Source of the DNA: an uncultured cyanobacterium
Lineage (GTDB): Bacteria; Cyanobacteriota; Cyanobacteriia; Cyanobacteriales; Nostocaceae
Direction: 5' to 3'
Assembly: GCA_963740315.1 (NCBI GenBank)
Contig: CAVUDP010000002.1
Span: forward strand, 3,921,413-3,985,412
DNA: 64,000 bases
Below the pieces are notes generated by a model that ran no database searches, was not told the DNA's origin, and saw nothing but the letters and a program-made list of their open reading frames with translations. The translations under genes were made by a program, and so were the position numbers. Numbering within the stretch: the stretch's first letter is position 1; each line of letters starts with the position of its first letter. Below, piece after piece: positions 21,007 through 31,228 of the stretch.

Positions 21007-22345
21007 AAATTTCAGTTTTGGCTTTAATAACAAGCTACTTCCCCAAAATATCGAAGCAGAGGAAGCGATTTTGGGTGGCATATTGCTTGACCCTTCCGCG
21101 ATTGCTAGAGTCAAAGACATTCTTGTTGCAAAAGCTTTTTACATAAGCGCCCATCGCGATATTTATATCGCTGCCCTAGAACTTCATGACAAAGGCAATC
21201 CCACGGATTTACTCGCAGTTATTAATTGGCTATCTGACCATAATCAACTTTCAAAAATTGGTGGTAGGAATAAATTAGCTTCGCTTGTAGACCGGACTGT
21301 ATCCGCAGTTAACATCGATGCCTTAGCGCAATTGGTGATGGATAAATACTACCGAAGGCAATTGATTCATGTAAGCGGCGAAATTTTCGAGCTGGCGCAC
21401 GACCAAACTCAAGAAATGGGTAAACAGTTAGAAACAGCATTTACAAAGGTTTTAGAGGTAAATAACAGCGCTATCGCGTCACAATCAGAGCCAACCTCAT
21501 TATCGTCTATCCTGATGGATGCCTTTGAACGTATTGAAGAAAGAAATATGGGTACAAGGTCATCTGGGATAACAACTGGATTTTGTCACCTGAATGCCAT
21601 GCTAGGGGGATTTAAACCAGAAAAACTTATAACAATCGCTGGTCGTCCGGCAATGGGGAAATCATCATTTTTAGGCAATTTAGCTTTTAACATTTCATCG
21701 CTAGAATCACTGCCAACCGTAATTTTTAGCCTTGAGATGGGTAAGGAAGAATGGGGTGATAGATTTTTATCTCAAGATGTTTCTATCGAATCAATTCATC
21801 TGCAAAACGGTTCTATTAGTAAATCTCAATGGCATCCTTTAGCGAAATCAATTAGTAAATTAAGCGAACTGCCTATTTACATTGACGATTCGCCTGTATT
21901 AACTGTTAATTTGATTCGTTCAAAAGTTAAACAACTTATTGCTAAATACAGTCGCATTGGTATGGTTGGAATTGACTATTTGCAATTAATGGAAGGAACG
22001 GATGGTGATAATTATAATCTTGCTTTTCAAATAGGAAAAATTACCCGAGGTTTAAAACAATTAGCACGCGAATGTAACACTACTGTTGTCATATTGTCAC
22101 AGTTAAATCGCGGTGTAGAAAGTCGAAATATTAAACGTCCTATAATGTCAGACTTGAGAGAATCTGGAAGAATTGAAGAAGATTCGGATTTAGTATTACT
22201 CCTTTACCGTGATGAATATTATCACCCCGATACGGTTGATAGAGGTATTGCAGAAGTAATTATTGCCAAAAATAGGGGTGGACCAACAGGAACTATAAAA
22301 CTGCTATTTGACGCACAATTTACTTGTTTTAAAAATTTGACTTGA
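20999..22345 (+). CDS. dnaB: Replicative DNA helicase
   Basis: LPQNIEAEEAILG, GRPAMGKS, IDYLQL, LSQLNR, SDLRESGRIEEDSD, KNRGGPTG. Confidence 0.95.
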   Translation: MNENFSFGFNNKLLPQNIEAEEAILGGILLDPSAIARVKDILVAKAFYISAHRDIYIAALELHDKGNPTDLLAVINWLSDHNQLSKIGGRNKLASLVDRTVSAVNIDALAQLVMDKYYRRQLIHVSGEIFELAHDQTQEMGKQLETAFTKVLEVNNSAIASQSEPTSLSSILMDAFERIEERNMGTRSSGITTGFCHLNAMLGGFKPEKLITIAGRPAMGKSSFLGNLAFNISSLESLPTVIFSLEMGKEEWGDRFLSQDVSIESIHLQNGSISKSQWHPLAKSISKLSELPIYIDDSPVLTVNLIRSKVKQLIAKYSRIGMVGIDYLQLMEGTDGDNYNLAFQIGKITRGLKQLARECNTTVVILSQLNRGVESRNIKRPIMSDLRESGRIEEDSDLVLLLYRDEYYHPDTVDRGIAEVIIAKNRGGPTGTIKLLFDAQFTCFKNLT

Positions 22346-22356
22346 GGATACAAAAA

Positions 22357-24036
22357 ATGGCGATGCTTTTTGATGTAGAACAATATGAGCAACCCAAAAA
22401 ACAAAGCTATACAGGCGATTGGAATGGTGTTAGATATGACCCGACCTGGGACGAACCCGATGACATTCCTGAGTTCAAAAATGAAGTTTCCACAGTTGTG
22501 GAAGTTTTACAAGAAAGAGAAGAAATACCTCAACATACTTCCTTGCACTGCTCAAAGGTGAGACGCGAGAAAAAATCTTCCGACCGCTGGTACACACCGC
22601 CCTATATAGTTGAACTAGTAGTCCAGGTGCTTGGAGAAATAGACCTAGACCCTTGTGCGGATGATGGTAAACACATCTCTTGCAAACGACATTACACAAA
22701 GGACGATGACGGATTGATTAAAGAATGGGAAGGACGTGTATTCATGAACCCACCTTACTCCCAACCAGGTGTATGGATGGAGAAACTGCAAGCTGAAATT
22801 AAATCGAAACGAGTTACCGAAGCTATTGCACTTGTCCCGGCTGCCACAGACACTAAATGGTTGTCTCCAGTATTGAAATCTCAACCCGTTTGTTTCTGGA
22901 CGGGACGGATTAAATTTTTAAGTGAAGATTATCAACCTAGAAACTCAGCACGGCAATCTCATGTGTTGGTTTACTGGGGGTTAAGAAGCGAGCGGTTTAG
23001 GGAGGTGTTTGAACCGCATGGTTTTGTGTCTTTACCAAGCCATTTCCTAGAGGATAAGCTAACAGATAAGATATCCTCTAGGAAAGTACGTGAAGATGAA
23101 GAATTCCCCTTAGATAAGTCAGATGAGAATATATCCTCTAGGAAAACGAGTGATAGCGAAAAGTTCCTCTTAGATAAGCCAGCAGATAAAATATCCTCTA
23201 GGAAAGTGTGTGAAGATGAAGAATTCCTCTTAGATAAGTCAGATGAGAATATATCCTCTAGGAAAGTATGTGAAGATGAAGAATTCCCCTTAGATAAGTC
23301 AGATGAAAATATATCCTCTAGGAAAACAGGTGATAGCGAAAAGTTCCTCTTAGATAAGCCAGCAGATAAAATATCCTCTAGGAAAGTATGTGAAGATGAA
23401 GAATTCCCCTTAGATAAGTCAGATGAAAATATATCCTCTAGGAAAACAGGTGATAGCGAAAAGTTCCTCTTAGATAAGCCAGCAGATAAAATATCCTCTA
23501 GGAAAGTATGTGAAGATGAAGAATTCCCCTTAGATAAGTCAGATGAAAATATATCCTCTAGGAAAACAGGTGATAGCGAAAAGTTCCTAGAGGATAACTC
23601 AGCAGATAAAATATCCTCTAGGAAACTATATGAAGATGAAGAATTCCCCTTAGATAAGTCAGATGAAAATATATCCTCTAGGAAAACAGGTGATAGCGAA
23701 AAGTTCCTAGAGGATAACTCAGCAGATAAAATATCCTCTAGGAAACTATATGAAGATGAAGAATTCCCCTTAGATAAGTCAGATGAAAATATATCCTCTA
23801 GAAAAACGCGCCGACATAAGGGTGATGGGAGCGGCTGCATTTATTACCGCACTGTTACCAAGAAAGGTAAAGAATATTGTGAGGCATATTATCAGTACGA
23901 AATTTGGGTAATGGGCGATCGCCTAATTAAGTCATCAAGGTACATTTCCAAGGGAACTTTATCTAAGGTACAGCGGATGGAGGTAGAAAAAGCACCTGTA
24001 AAAGAAATATTAAGGGTGTTAAGAATAAATTGTTAA
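22357..24036 (+). CDS. Phage-type DNA N6-adenine methyltransferase fused to a repeat linker and a small C-terminal domain
   Basis: WYTP, DLDPCA, FMNPPY, GRIKF motifs; ATG 22357 with GAGGA RBS. Confidence 0.85.
   Translation: MAMLFDVEQYEQPKKQSYTGDWNGVRYDPTWDEPDDIPEFKNEVSTVVEVLQEREEIPQHTSLHCSKVRREKKSSDRWYTPPYIVELVVQVLGEIDLDPCADDGKHISCKRHYTKDDDGLIKEWEGRVFMNPPYSQPGVWMEKLQAEIKSKRVTEAIALVPAATDTKWLSPVLKSQPVCFWTGRIKFLSEDYQPRNSARQSHVLVYWGLRSERFREVFEPHGFVSLPSHFLEDKLTDKISSRKVREDEEFPLDKSDENISSRKTSDSEKFLLDKPADKISSRKVCEDEEFLLDKSDENISSRKVCEDEEFPLDKSDENISSRKTGDSEKFLLDKPADKISSRKVCEDEEFPLDKSDENISSRKTGDSEKFLLDKPADKISSRKVCEDEEFPLDKSDENISSRKTGDSEKFLEDNSADKISSRKLYEDEEFPLDKSDENISSRKTGDSEKFLEDNSADKISSRKLYEDEEFPLDKSDENISSRKTRRHKGDGSGCIYYRTVTKKGKEYCEAYYQYEIWVMGDRLIKSSRYISKGTLSKVQRMEVEKAPVKEILRVLRINC
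23041..23806 (+). repeat. 13 x 60-bp tandem repeat with internal dyad (TTCCTAGAGGATA...TATCCTCTAGGAA)
   Basis: ATATCCTCTAG recurs every 60 bp from 23071 to 23791; two unit types, mostly alternating. Confidence 0.95.
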
Positions 24037-24131
24037 TACGACTGTTTCCAAATCTAAGCTACTTAAAGATTCCGTCTTCGCTAAATACATAGTTTAATCA
24101 CTATGGTTTTCACCTTAGATACCTTTTTTTT

Positions 24132-25049
24132 TCAATCAAATTCTATTTGGGAATTTTTGGAACGTATAGTCTTATTAATTTTGGCTTCTAATGCAACATC
24201 ATCTTGTTCTTTGTCATCTTCACCAATGTATCTGGTTAATTCATTTTCATCATGTTCTAAATCAAATTTAATACCTCGCATTGCTAACCCTTTGAGAGTA
24301 CAAGCTTGTTTATTTCTACCTAACTTACTTCCAGCAAATGCAACACCATCTATAGAATATGAAATACCTTGAACCATGCCTTCACTACTCAACTTCAACG
24401 ATGTTTCTACACCATTCACTTTCAACCGTTCAATAAATTGTGCAAACCTCATTCCTGGTTGAATAGCATCTTCTATTACATCTTGAATTTTTTCAACTGC
24501 GCTCTTGTCTGCTGGTTCCGAGCGCAATCCTAATTCAAATTCTTGATTTTCTCTAAACATCCGTCGCTTTTGTCCGGTAGACGGTGCTGTGCGGTTTACT
24601 TCCCATGAATTCGGTACGGAGGTCAAATTGAAACGGGATTCTAAATTTCTCAAAACCTTTTCTAAGCGTCGTTTATCATACCAGTCAGATACGCATTCAC
24701 CATCTATATTGATACGACTTGCAGCAATATGGAGGTGGAAATGATTACAGTCATTGTGGGATGCAGCAAAATAGAGGTTTTTCTCAAACCCCATACCTTT
24801 GAGTGTTTCTTCTGCAATTTCTTCCAATTCTTCATCAATCGGTTTTTCGTTCCATGGGAAGCTAATACTAATGTGACTAACTGGCGATCGCACTTTACAA
24901 TTTAGTTGTTTTGTAGCTGCTAGTTGTCTATAAAATTCTTGTGGTGTCTCTCCTGCAAGATTTGTACAAATTAATTCTGCTCCTTCCTTCTCAAGAATAT
25001 ATTTAGTTAATCCTGCAAAGCTTTTACCTTTTTTAATCTTGCCAATCAT
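24132..25049 (-). CDS. Relaxase (MOB-P type relaxase/mobilisation nuclease)
   Basis: GKSFAGLTKY (catalytic Tyr), HISISF, HNDCNHFHLHI (HUH). Confidence 0.9.
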   Translation of the reverse strand: MIGKIKKGKSFAGLTKYILEKEGAELICTNLAGETPQEFYRQLAATKQLNCKVRSPVSHISISFPWNEKPIDEELEEIAEETLKGMGFEKNLYFAASHNDCNHFHLHIAASRINIDGECVSDWYDKRRLEKVLRNLESRFNLTSVPNSWEVNRTAPSTGQKRRMFRENQEFELGLRSEPADKSAVEKIQDVIEDAIQPGMRFAQFIERLKVNGVETSLKLSSEGMVQGISYSIDGVAFAGSKLGRNKQACTLKGLAMRGIKFDLEHDENELTRYIGEDDKEQDDVALEAKINKTIRSKNSQIEFD

Positions 25050-25419
25050 TGCTTTGTTCTAGTTCATCATCTATTTCATCATTGTTTTCCAAAACCAAAC
25101 ACAAACGTAAGGAAGAAATCTCTTTGAGTAAATCTTCAAAAGGAATAGATTCAACAGGTGATGGAATTAAACCGTTTGCGATAGCAGTATTTTGGGAAGA
25201 AGCTATTTGACTAATATCTTTACTAATTTTCGATAGTTGCCAGTAACATTTCCAATTTACTTCGGGGATACTTTTTATGCGACATCCAGACATTCTACGT
25301 CTAATCAATTCTGCTTTGCTGATACCGCAAGATTTAGCTAGTGCTTGCCAATGGTCATTCTGCTCCTTTGTCAGCACCATTTCAAATCGAACTGTATGTT
25401 TTTTGTATTTCGGTGACAT
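25033..25419 (-). CDS. mobC: MobC-like relaxosome accessory protein
   Basis: RHH-like N-terminus (GISKAELIRRR), LxKIxxDIxQIA motif; overlaps the relaxase start. Confidence 0.75.
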   Translation of the reverse strand: MSPKYKKHTVRFEMVLTKEQNDHWQALAKSCGISKAELIRRRMSGCRIKSIPEVNWKCYWQLSKISKDISQIASSQNTAIANGLIPSPVESIPFEDLLKEISSLRLCLVLENNDEIDDELEQSNDWQD

Positions 25420-25749
25420 TATGATGAAGGAATTGTTTTTTAGTGAATTATCTGAATTAGGGAAGAATTACTTCCTAAAATATTCTAATTGATAATAAAT
25501 ACGTATAACACCACTGCTTGCTCCCCCAGCCAGCAGTCAGAAAAAGAGAAACTGCACCGCCGTGGGATAGTAGTGATGAAGAAGGAAATACTTGTCAAAT
25601 AGCTTGATAGCAGACACTTTTACCCTACCAAATACCAAAACTTAAACTTTACATCAATAGTGATAGAACAAATAACTACTTTAGTTATAACTTGAGAAAT
25701 ATTGTTATTTGCTACTTTAATAGAGATGCACCAAGGAGCGCGATAACTT
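25420..25749. other. Probable oriT and divergent promoter region (nic site not identified)
   Basis: Position only: intergenic region upstream of mobC-relaxase. Confidence 0.4.
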
Positions 25750-26922
25750 ATGGGCAGATTAAACAAACAAGCATACCCGTTAGTTACTATATCAATAGAT
25801 TTTGGTGGAAGCGGTACCAAAGTAATAGTACAGATTCGTGGTGGTAAACCGAAAGCAATATGGATGGAGCCGAGTGTAATCAAGGCGAACTATGACTCTC
25901 TGGTTTTTCAGACTCGTAATTTAAATAATGCTTATCCCGAAAACGCAGCTTGGGTTGGAATAGGTGAAGATTATCGAGCAATTGGTTATTTAGCAAGAAG
26001 TGCCTACGGTGCGACACAAAGACTAAAACCTCGTAAATATGAACTCGCCTTATTTAAAGCCCTAGCTGCGGTGTGGGTGATAAAACAGAAATTTAAGTTA
26101 CCTGAATCCTTTGACATTTCATTAGCATTGCTTTTACCACCAGGGGAATTTGAAGATTCGGCATTACTTAAACCTATGCTCAAGGAAGCTTTAGCAGAAT
26201 TTGAAACACCAACAGGAAAGGTAAATGCCAACTTAATCGGTTACGAGTGTTTTCCTGAAGGTGGTGGAATTTATGCCATGTATTGCAAAAATACGGGTGA
26301 AGCAATAAGACGCAAAGTTATTGGTTTGGTAATGCTGGGATATCGTAATGCCTCTGCAATCATATCTCGACGCGGTATTTTGAATCGGGGTAAAACTGCG
26401 AAATTTGGTATGGCGAAGATGGTAGAAAAAGTTATCGAAGGTACATCGGGGCTAGAAGCTGGAGAGTTAATTGAAGCGATTATCGCTGCTGGTAATGAAC
26501 CGAAAACACAACATTTTTACCATCTATGTAGTTCTGGTAATATAAAGGATGCTGAAATTGAAAAGATTATATCTGTTGTAAATTCTTCTAGAGCGGAATA
26601 TGCGATTGCGCTTGTGAATTGGTTAAAAGAGGTACTGCCTTCCAACAATGAATTGGATGAATTAATTATCTGTGGTGGTACGGCTGATTATTTGCGAGAA
26701 GAGTTAGACGCAGTTTTCCCGACAATACCTATAGTCTGGCATGGTGATGTGAAAATCCCACAAACTTTAAACGAGCAATGGTTGGGAAATCGTTTAGCTG
26801 ATGTATGGGCGCTTTCGGTCTATCACGGTATTAAAGTTAAAGCGGTGATGAGAGAGGGGAGGAGTGGGAGAGTGGGGGAGAGGAAGAGGGAGGGAGTGAG
26901 AGAGGGAGAGAGTGAGGGATAA
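25750..26922 (+). CDS. ParM/StbA-family actin-like partition ATPase
   Basis: SIDFGGSGTK, FPEGGG, MLGYRNAS, ICGGTA. Confidence 0.85.
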   Translation: MGRLNKQAYPLVTISIDFGGSGTKVIVQIRGGKPKAIWMEPSVIKANYDSLVFQTRNLNNAYPENAAWVGIGEDYRAIGYLARSAYGATQRLKPRKYELALFKALAAVWVIKQKFKLPESFDISLALLLPPGEFEDSALLKPMLKEALAEFETPTGKVNANLIGYECFPEGGGIYAMYCKNTGEAIRRKVIGLVMLGYRNASAIISRRGILNRGKTAKFGMAKMVEKVIEGTSGLEAGELIEAIIAAGNEPKTQHFYHLCSSGNIKDAEIEKIISVVNSSRAEYAIALVNWLKEVLPSNNELDELIICGGTADYLREELDAVFPTIPIVWHGDVKIPQTLNEQWLGNRLADVWALSVYHGIKVKAVMREGRSGRVGERKREGVREGESEG

Positions 26923-27151
26923 AGAAATTGATTAATTCTTCTTAGCTATAATCCATTTTTCGGAGTTATTTATGATGTTTACTAACATAATGCTGTCCGA
27001 TAAACTTCTAAATCTTTATGAGAACGTATTGATTGTCTTACCATTTAAATCAATTGCTTAATCGAGGAATATAGTACTATTATACTGGCAATTATTCCTT
27101 CACTCCCTCCCTTACTCTCTCACTCCCTCCCTCCTCCCCAACCCCGAGAAT

Positions 27152-27610
27152 ATGAACAAAAAGAAAGATTTCACATGGCGGTATCAAACAGCTTTTGATT
27201 CAGACAGAGCAAAAATGCTTAGCTACATCCAGAATGAAAGCTTGCATCCATTTCAAAATAAAACCGTAATGATAATGACTGCTCTAAATGCATACTATAT
27301 GGCTTTAGCACTGTACAGTGCAGGTAGTTATTCTCGCGAAACTTTGGAATTAATATTTTTGGATTCGGTAAAGGCGATCGCCAATCATCTTCAGTACGTC
27401 AGCATTGCGATAAAAGTAGACGAACACGCAGTTACAGATGTTTTATGTACCGTATTTGGAAGATTAGAGACAAGAAAAACTCAACATGAAAAGTCATTAA
27501 ATTCGAGTACTCAATTTCCACCACCAGACCGAAATGAAGAATCATCTGATTCTAACCTACAAGCATGGAATTTAGCAGGAATGACAACTGATAGCGAAAC
27601 ATTTGATTAA
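27152..27610 (+). CDS. Hypothetical, possible ParR-like adaptor
   Basis: Directly downstream of parM; low-complexity acidic tail. Confidence 0.5.
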   Translation: MNKKKDFTWRYQTAFDSDRAKMLSYIQNESLHPFQNKTVMIMTALNAYYMALALYSAGSYSRETLELIFLDSVKAIANHLQYVSIAIKVDEHAVTDVLCTVFGRLETRKTQHEKSLNSSTQFPPPDRNEESSDSNLQAWNLAGMTTDSETFD

Positions 27611-27626
27611 TACAGGTTATTAAATT

Positions 27627-28346
27627 ATGGCAAGAATACATTTAGTTGATGGTGAAAAGGGAGGAGTTGGGAAGTCGCTGTTTACCCGCGTTATGGTTCA
27701 GTATGCAATTGACAATAAACTGGAACATACTTTGGTGGATGCAGATATAACGAATCAAGATGTTAAGCGCTTCTATGATTATGCCGTTGACGCTGAATTT
27801 AGTGAAGCTGTAAACAAAGGGGATAAGGCTGACATAATTTTTGAATTAGCGAGGGAAAAACCAGTAATTGTCAATCTCCCCGCGAATGTATTTCCAAAAG
27901 TTAATAATTGGATAAAAAACGGACGTTTACTAGAAGTAGCAGATAAATACGGTGTAGATATTTGTAAGTGGTTTGTCTGTGATGGTGGTTTTGAATCTAT
28001 AGATTTATTCAAACAATCCATAAAATTGTACAAAGACAAAATGCTTCATGTGTTTGTCAAGAATTTAGGCAAAACAGATGATTGGAGTTTTTTAAAGGAT
28101 AATTCTGAGTTCAAAGATTTATGTAAAAAGCGTGAAAAGACTTTGAAAATAATTGAATTTCCGCTTCTGTATCCGGGAGATAGATATTTTATCGACTCTA
28201 ATAAGTTTCGGTTTGATGCAAAAGAAATCGAAGAAACAATGCCTATCATGTCACAGCAAAGATTATCTACTTTTTTAAGTGAATCAAATCAAGCAATTGA
28301 AACTACACAAATGTGGAAAATAAGGCAGAAGGCAAATAAAGAGTGA
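27627..28346 (+). CDS. ParA/MinD-like P-loop NTPase (mobilisation-associated)
   Basis: Deviant Walker A GEKGGVGKS, VDAD, VNLPA. Confidence 0.8.
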   Translation: MARIHLVDGEKGGVGKSLFTRVMVQYAIDNKLEHTLVDADITNQDVKRFYDYAVDAEFSEAVNKGDKADIIFELAREKPVIVNLPANVFPKVNNWIKNGRLLEVADKYGVDICKWFVCDGGFESIDLFKQSIKLYKDKMLHVFVKNLGKTDDWSFLKDNSEFKDLCKKREKTLKIIEFPLLYPGDRYFIDSNKFRFDAKEIEETMPIMSQQRLSTFLSESNQAIETTQMWKIRQKANKE

Positions 28347-28380
28347 GGGAGTGAGAGAGTGAGGGGTTACAATTTCCGTA

Positions 28381-28457
28381 AAAAAATGGGCAGGCTTATT
28401 GTAGAGAGATGCCGAACACATCACGAGTTAATTTGTTTTAAAGCCTGCCCATTTTTT
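28381..28457. repeat. 17-bp perfect inverted repeat with 43-nt spacer
   Basis: AAAAAATGGGCAGGCTT...AAGCCTGCCCATTTTTT. Confidence 0.85.
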
Positions 28458-28496
28458 AAGGCTCCATCTCGGGAGTGAGGGAGAGGTAATTGAATC

Positions 28497-28553
28497 GGGT
28501 TTTAGACCCCAACCAATTACTAGCACGCCAATTGACGGTGGGGTTTTAGACCC
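28497..28553. repeat. REP-like pair GGGTTTTAGACCC
   Basis: Two copies of a short imperfect palindrome 44 bp apart. Confidence 0.55.
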
Positions 28554-28594
28554 TCCTATCTCAATAAAAATTACCCATACATGAGGCAAGTAAT

Positions 28595-29593
28595 ATGAAT
28601 TACGACCTTCAAATTTTATACGAGACAGATGAAGCTTTTAACTGCGATGTAATCACTACTGATGAAGAGAAATATATGGGAAGACTATATATTCTTACTA
28701 CGGATGATAACACCTTAAAAAATTTAGGAATTCAAGAAGAATGGTACCTTGCTCATGAAGAAGCAGATGTATTAGTTAACGGACATATTAATAGTGAAGG
28801 TAAATGGAGTTTATCAACCCTCCGGAATTTAGAACCAAGTTTTGAATATACAACTCGTAACAAAATATTTGACCAAGTTTTTAGTCCGGAATATGTTTGG
28901 AAATTAATGCATTTTCGCGAAGAAAATATTATAAGTATATCTCAAAAAGCAAGTACCCCTGACAGTTTTAATAGTAGTGATGATAATAATTCAAATGGAA
29001 TGAATAGAAAAGATATAGGTATCATGCCAGGAAAACTAAACATTACTACAGAGAATTTGAATATATTACAGGATTTAATTATGCATTCATATGATTCTCC
29101 ATCAGTTGATTTAGAACACGATTTAGAAACCGAGATTATCCCTGTATATAACGAGCAACAATCAGCAGCAAACAGTACAAACATAACTGACATTATGAAT
29201 CACTTTCAACGAGAATCTGCTCCTCTATTAGATGAAAAGGAATTATTTCATGCTCAGATAGATTTAACCGAAAGAATTATGGATGAATATGAGAATCAAG
29301 GGAAAGACGAGTTTGTCTTCACACCTTTAGGAATTGTCACAATAAATGCAGAAGAAAGTTGTTGCAGCCTAAAAGATTCAGAAGATGGTCATACAATATT
29401 TACTGCGACTTTTGATGCTGATATTATTCACGGATTAAACGATACTGATGCTCTTAAAATTGAGATGATTCTACATCAGTTTGATAGAGAAGATTTTCGA
29501 CGAGCGAGAAGTATGGTTCAAGAAGAAAATTTAGTTAATCAAGATAACGGTTCCCAAATTAACCGAAATACAGGAATAGATTATGATTCATAG
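28595..29593 (+). CDS. Acidic hypothetical protein
   Basis: 332-aa ORF with GAGG RBS. Confidence 0.7.
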   Translation: MNYDLQILYETDEAFNCDVITTDEEKYMGRLYILTTDDNTLKNLGIQEEWYLAHEEADVLVNGHINSEGKWSLSTLRNLEPSFEYTTRNKIFDQVFSPEYVWKLMHFREENIISISQKASTPDSFNSSDDNNSNGMNRKDIGIMPGKLNITTENLNILQDLIMHSYDSPSVDLEHDLETEIIPVYNEQQSAANSTNITDIMNHFQRESAPLLDEKELFHAQIDLTERIMDEYENQGKDEFVFTPLGIVTINAEESCCSLKDSEDGHTIFTATFDADIIHGLNDTDALKIEMILHQFDREDFRRARSMVQEENLVNQDNGSQINRNTGIDYDS

Positions 29594-30248
29594 TTTACGA
29601 AAAGCTAAAAATGAAAGTTATCTGAATAAATTACTTGAAGGAAAAGATGCGGACTTTCAAAGAAGAGTTTTAGCTGTAGCAGTTGAACATGGATTATCTA
29701 CAAGTGACCCTTTATTCTTGATAATGCTTTCTACTGGTCAACTTCAAGTTTTGTTGGAAGATAAGCCGTCAGAATTAGACCAATTATTTAAACGTTGGTC
29801 GGAAGCAATTTACGAGCATTTGGAGAAAGCAAAGCGTACTGCTATAAGTGGTCAGGAAATAGAAATTCGTTCGATGGTAAACCGACTTATTAAGCATTGC
29901 GAGTCGAAAGAGCGAAGCCGTTTAGTAGTAATGTTACCAGCGATAGGACTAATAGTAGCAGCAGTTGGGTTTGGTATTTTGACTGGGTTATCTGTTCCGG
30001 TATGGCTAGCTGGTGGATATGCATCTGGAAAACCGAAGTTATTAACAGTTGAACAGGTAGAAAATTTACGATGGTTAAAAAGTTCTCAAGGTCAGTTAGC
30101 AAAGAATATTGTCACTTGGAATTCTGAAAGTTTGAGCAATTTAAATTGTACTAATAATCCAGAGCAAAGGGCTGTAGTTAATAATGCAAAAGATAAATAT
30201 ATTGCTCGTAAAAGTGATTATTGTCTATTGCGGGTCAAATCACCTTAA
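29583..30248 (+). CDS. Cyanobacterial plasmid membrane protein (DUF6753-like)
   Basis: FQRRVL...GL...DPLFLIMLSTGQLQVLLEDKP motif, one TM. Confidence 0.65.
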   Translation: MIHSLRKAKNESYLNKLLEGKDADFQRRVLAVAVEHGLSTSDPLFLIMLSTGQLQVLLEDKPSELDQLFKRWSEAIYEHLEKAKRTAISGQEIEIRSMVNRLIKHCESKERSRLVVMLPAIGLIVAAVGFGILTGLSVPVWLAGGYASGKPKLLTVEQVENLRWLKSSQGQLAKNIVTWNSESLSNLNCTNNPEQRAVVNNAKDKYIARKSDYCLLRVKSP

Positions 30249-30291
30249 TAAAAATGAAAATGCTGGTTTCAATTAATAAATTTCGGAGGAA

Positions 30292-31092
30292 ATGATGGAA
30301 GAATTAAGCTGTTACTATCATCAACAAGAATATCGTTATTTACCCGAAACCAAACATTCAGAAACAAATTCACCGCTAATATACACGGATAACAATTTCC
30401 AAAGCATCGATAAAATTCGTGCAGTAGTTGTTGAAGACCAAGAACTGATAGTTATTGGTATCAAGAAAGCATTAGAACAATATGAAAATATTGAAATTGT
30501 TGGAGATGCTTTTAATGCAAAACACGGTTTGACGCTGTTAAATAACCTAAAACCTAAAATTGCCATTGTTGATATTTGTTTACCGGATTTTGATGGGATT
30601 CAACTAACCAGAGAAATCAAAAGAAAACATTCAGGGGTGAAAGTCATAATCCTAACTTCGCACTCAGATAGAGAAACTGTGTTGAAAGCATTTGCTGCGG
30701 GTGCTACTTCTTATTGCATGAAAGATATTAAATTTGCAAAATTAATCGAAGCGATATATCTCACCTGCCTTGGCTACAACTGGATAGACCCGGCTGTTAC
30801 CCATTTTGTACTCCAGCAAGCTCAGAAAAATCCCATATGTTTCAACCGGGATGGCTCTCGAAGTTATGACGATTTAGATGAGGAGATGCTTGACTTGTAC
30901 ACCCTTACAGGTAGGGAATTACAGATATTAGACCTAATTGTGAATGGAAATACGAATGCGGCGATCGCTAATCAACTGCACATTACAATCGGAACGGTTA
31001 AAAGCCACGTTCGCAATATTCTCAACAAAATCGGTGCAGAAGACCGCACTCAAGCAGCAGTTCATGCTTTGCGTTACGGTTTGGTAGATTAA
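30292..31092 (+). CDS. NarL/FixJ-family response regulator (receiver + LuxR HTH)
   Basis: VVEDQ, IVDICLP, ILTS, YCMK; LTGRELQIL...TVKSHVRNILNK. Confidence 0.9.
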   Translation: MMEELSCYYHQQEYRYLPETKHSETNSPLIYTDNNFQSIDKIRAVVVEDQELIVIGIKKALEQYENIEIVGDAFNAKHGLTLLNNLKPKIAIVDICLPDFDGIQLTREIKRKHSGVKVIILTSHSDRETVLKAFAAGATSYCMKDIKFAKLIEAIYLTCLGYNWIDPAVTHFVLQQAQKNPICFNRDGSRSYDDLDEEMLDLYTLTGRELQILDLIVNGNTNAAIANQLHITIGTVKSHVRNILNKIGAEDRTQAAVHALRYGLVD

Positions 31093-31228
31093 AAATTTCT
31101 TGGGGAAGGGAGTAACTGTTAGCTAATTTCTACCCCATGCTTTGGTGACTTACAATTAGTGCCAGGTCTTAATCCCCTAGTAATTGTTCATAAAAGCCTC
31201 CTGCCCCCTACCCTCTGATTTCTAAGTC

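Noticed and set aside
23041..23806. Possible CRISPR array (regular partly palindromic repeats)
   Set aside because: Intervening sequences are themselves repeated rather than unique spacers, the array is in frame within a CDS, and no cas genes are present
22971..23840. 289-aa minus-strand ORF
   Set aside because: Antisense shadow of the repeat array; the lack of stops is explained by the repeats
25420..25749. Exact nic site
   Set aside because: No convincing match to a MOB-P nick consensus by eye
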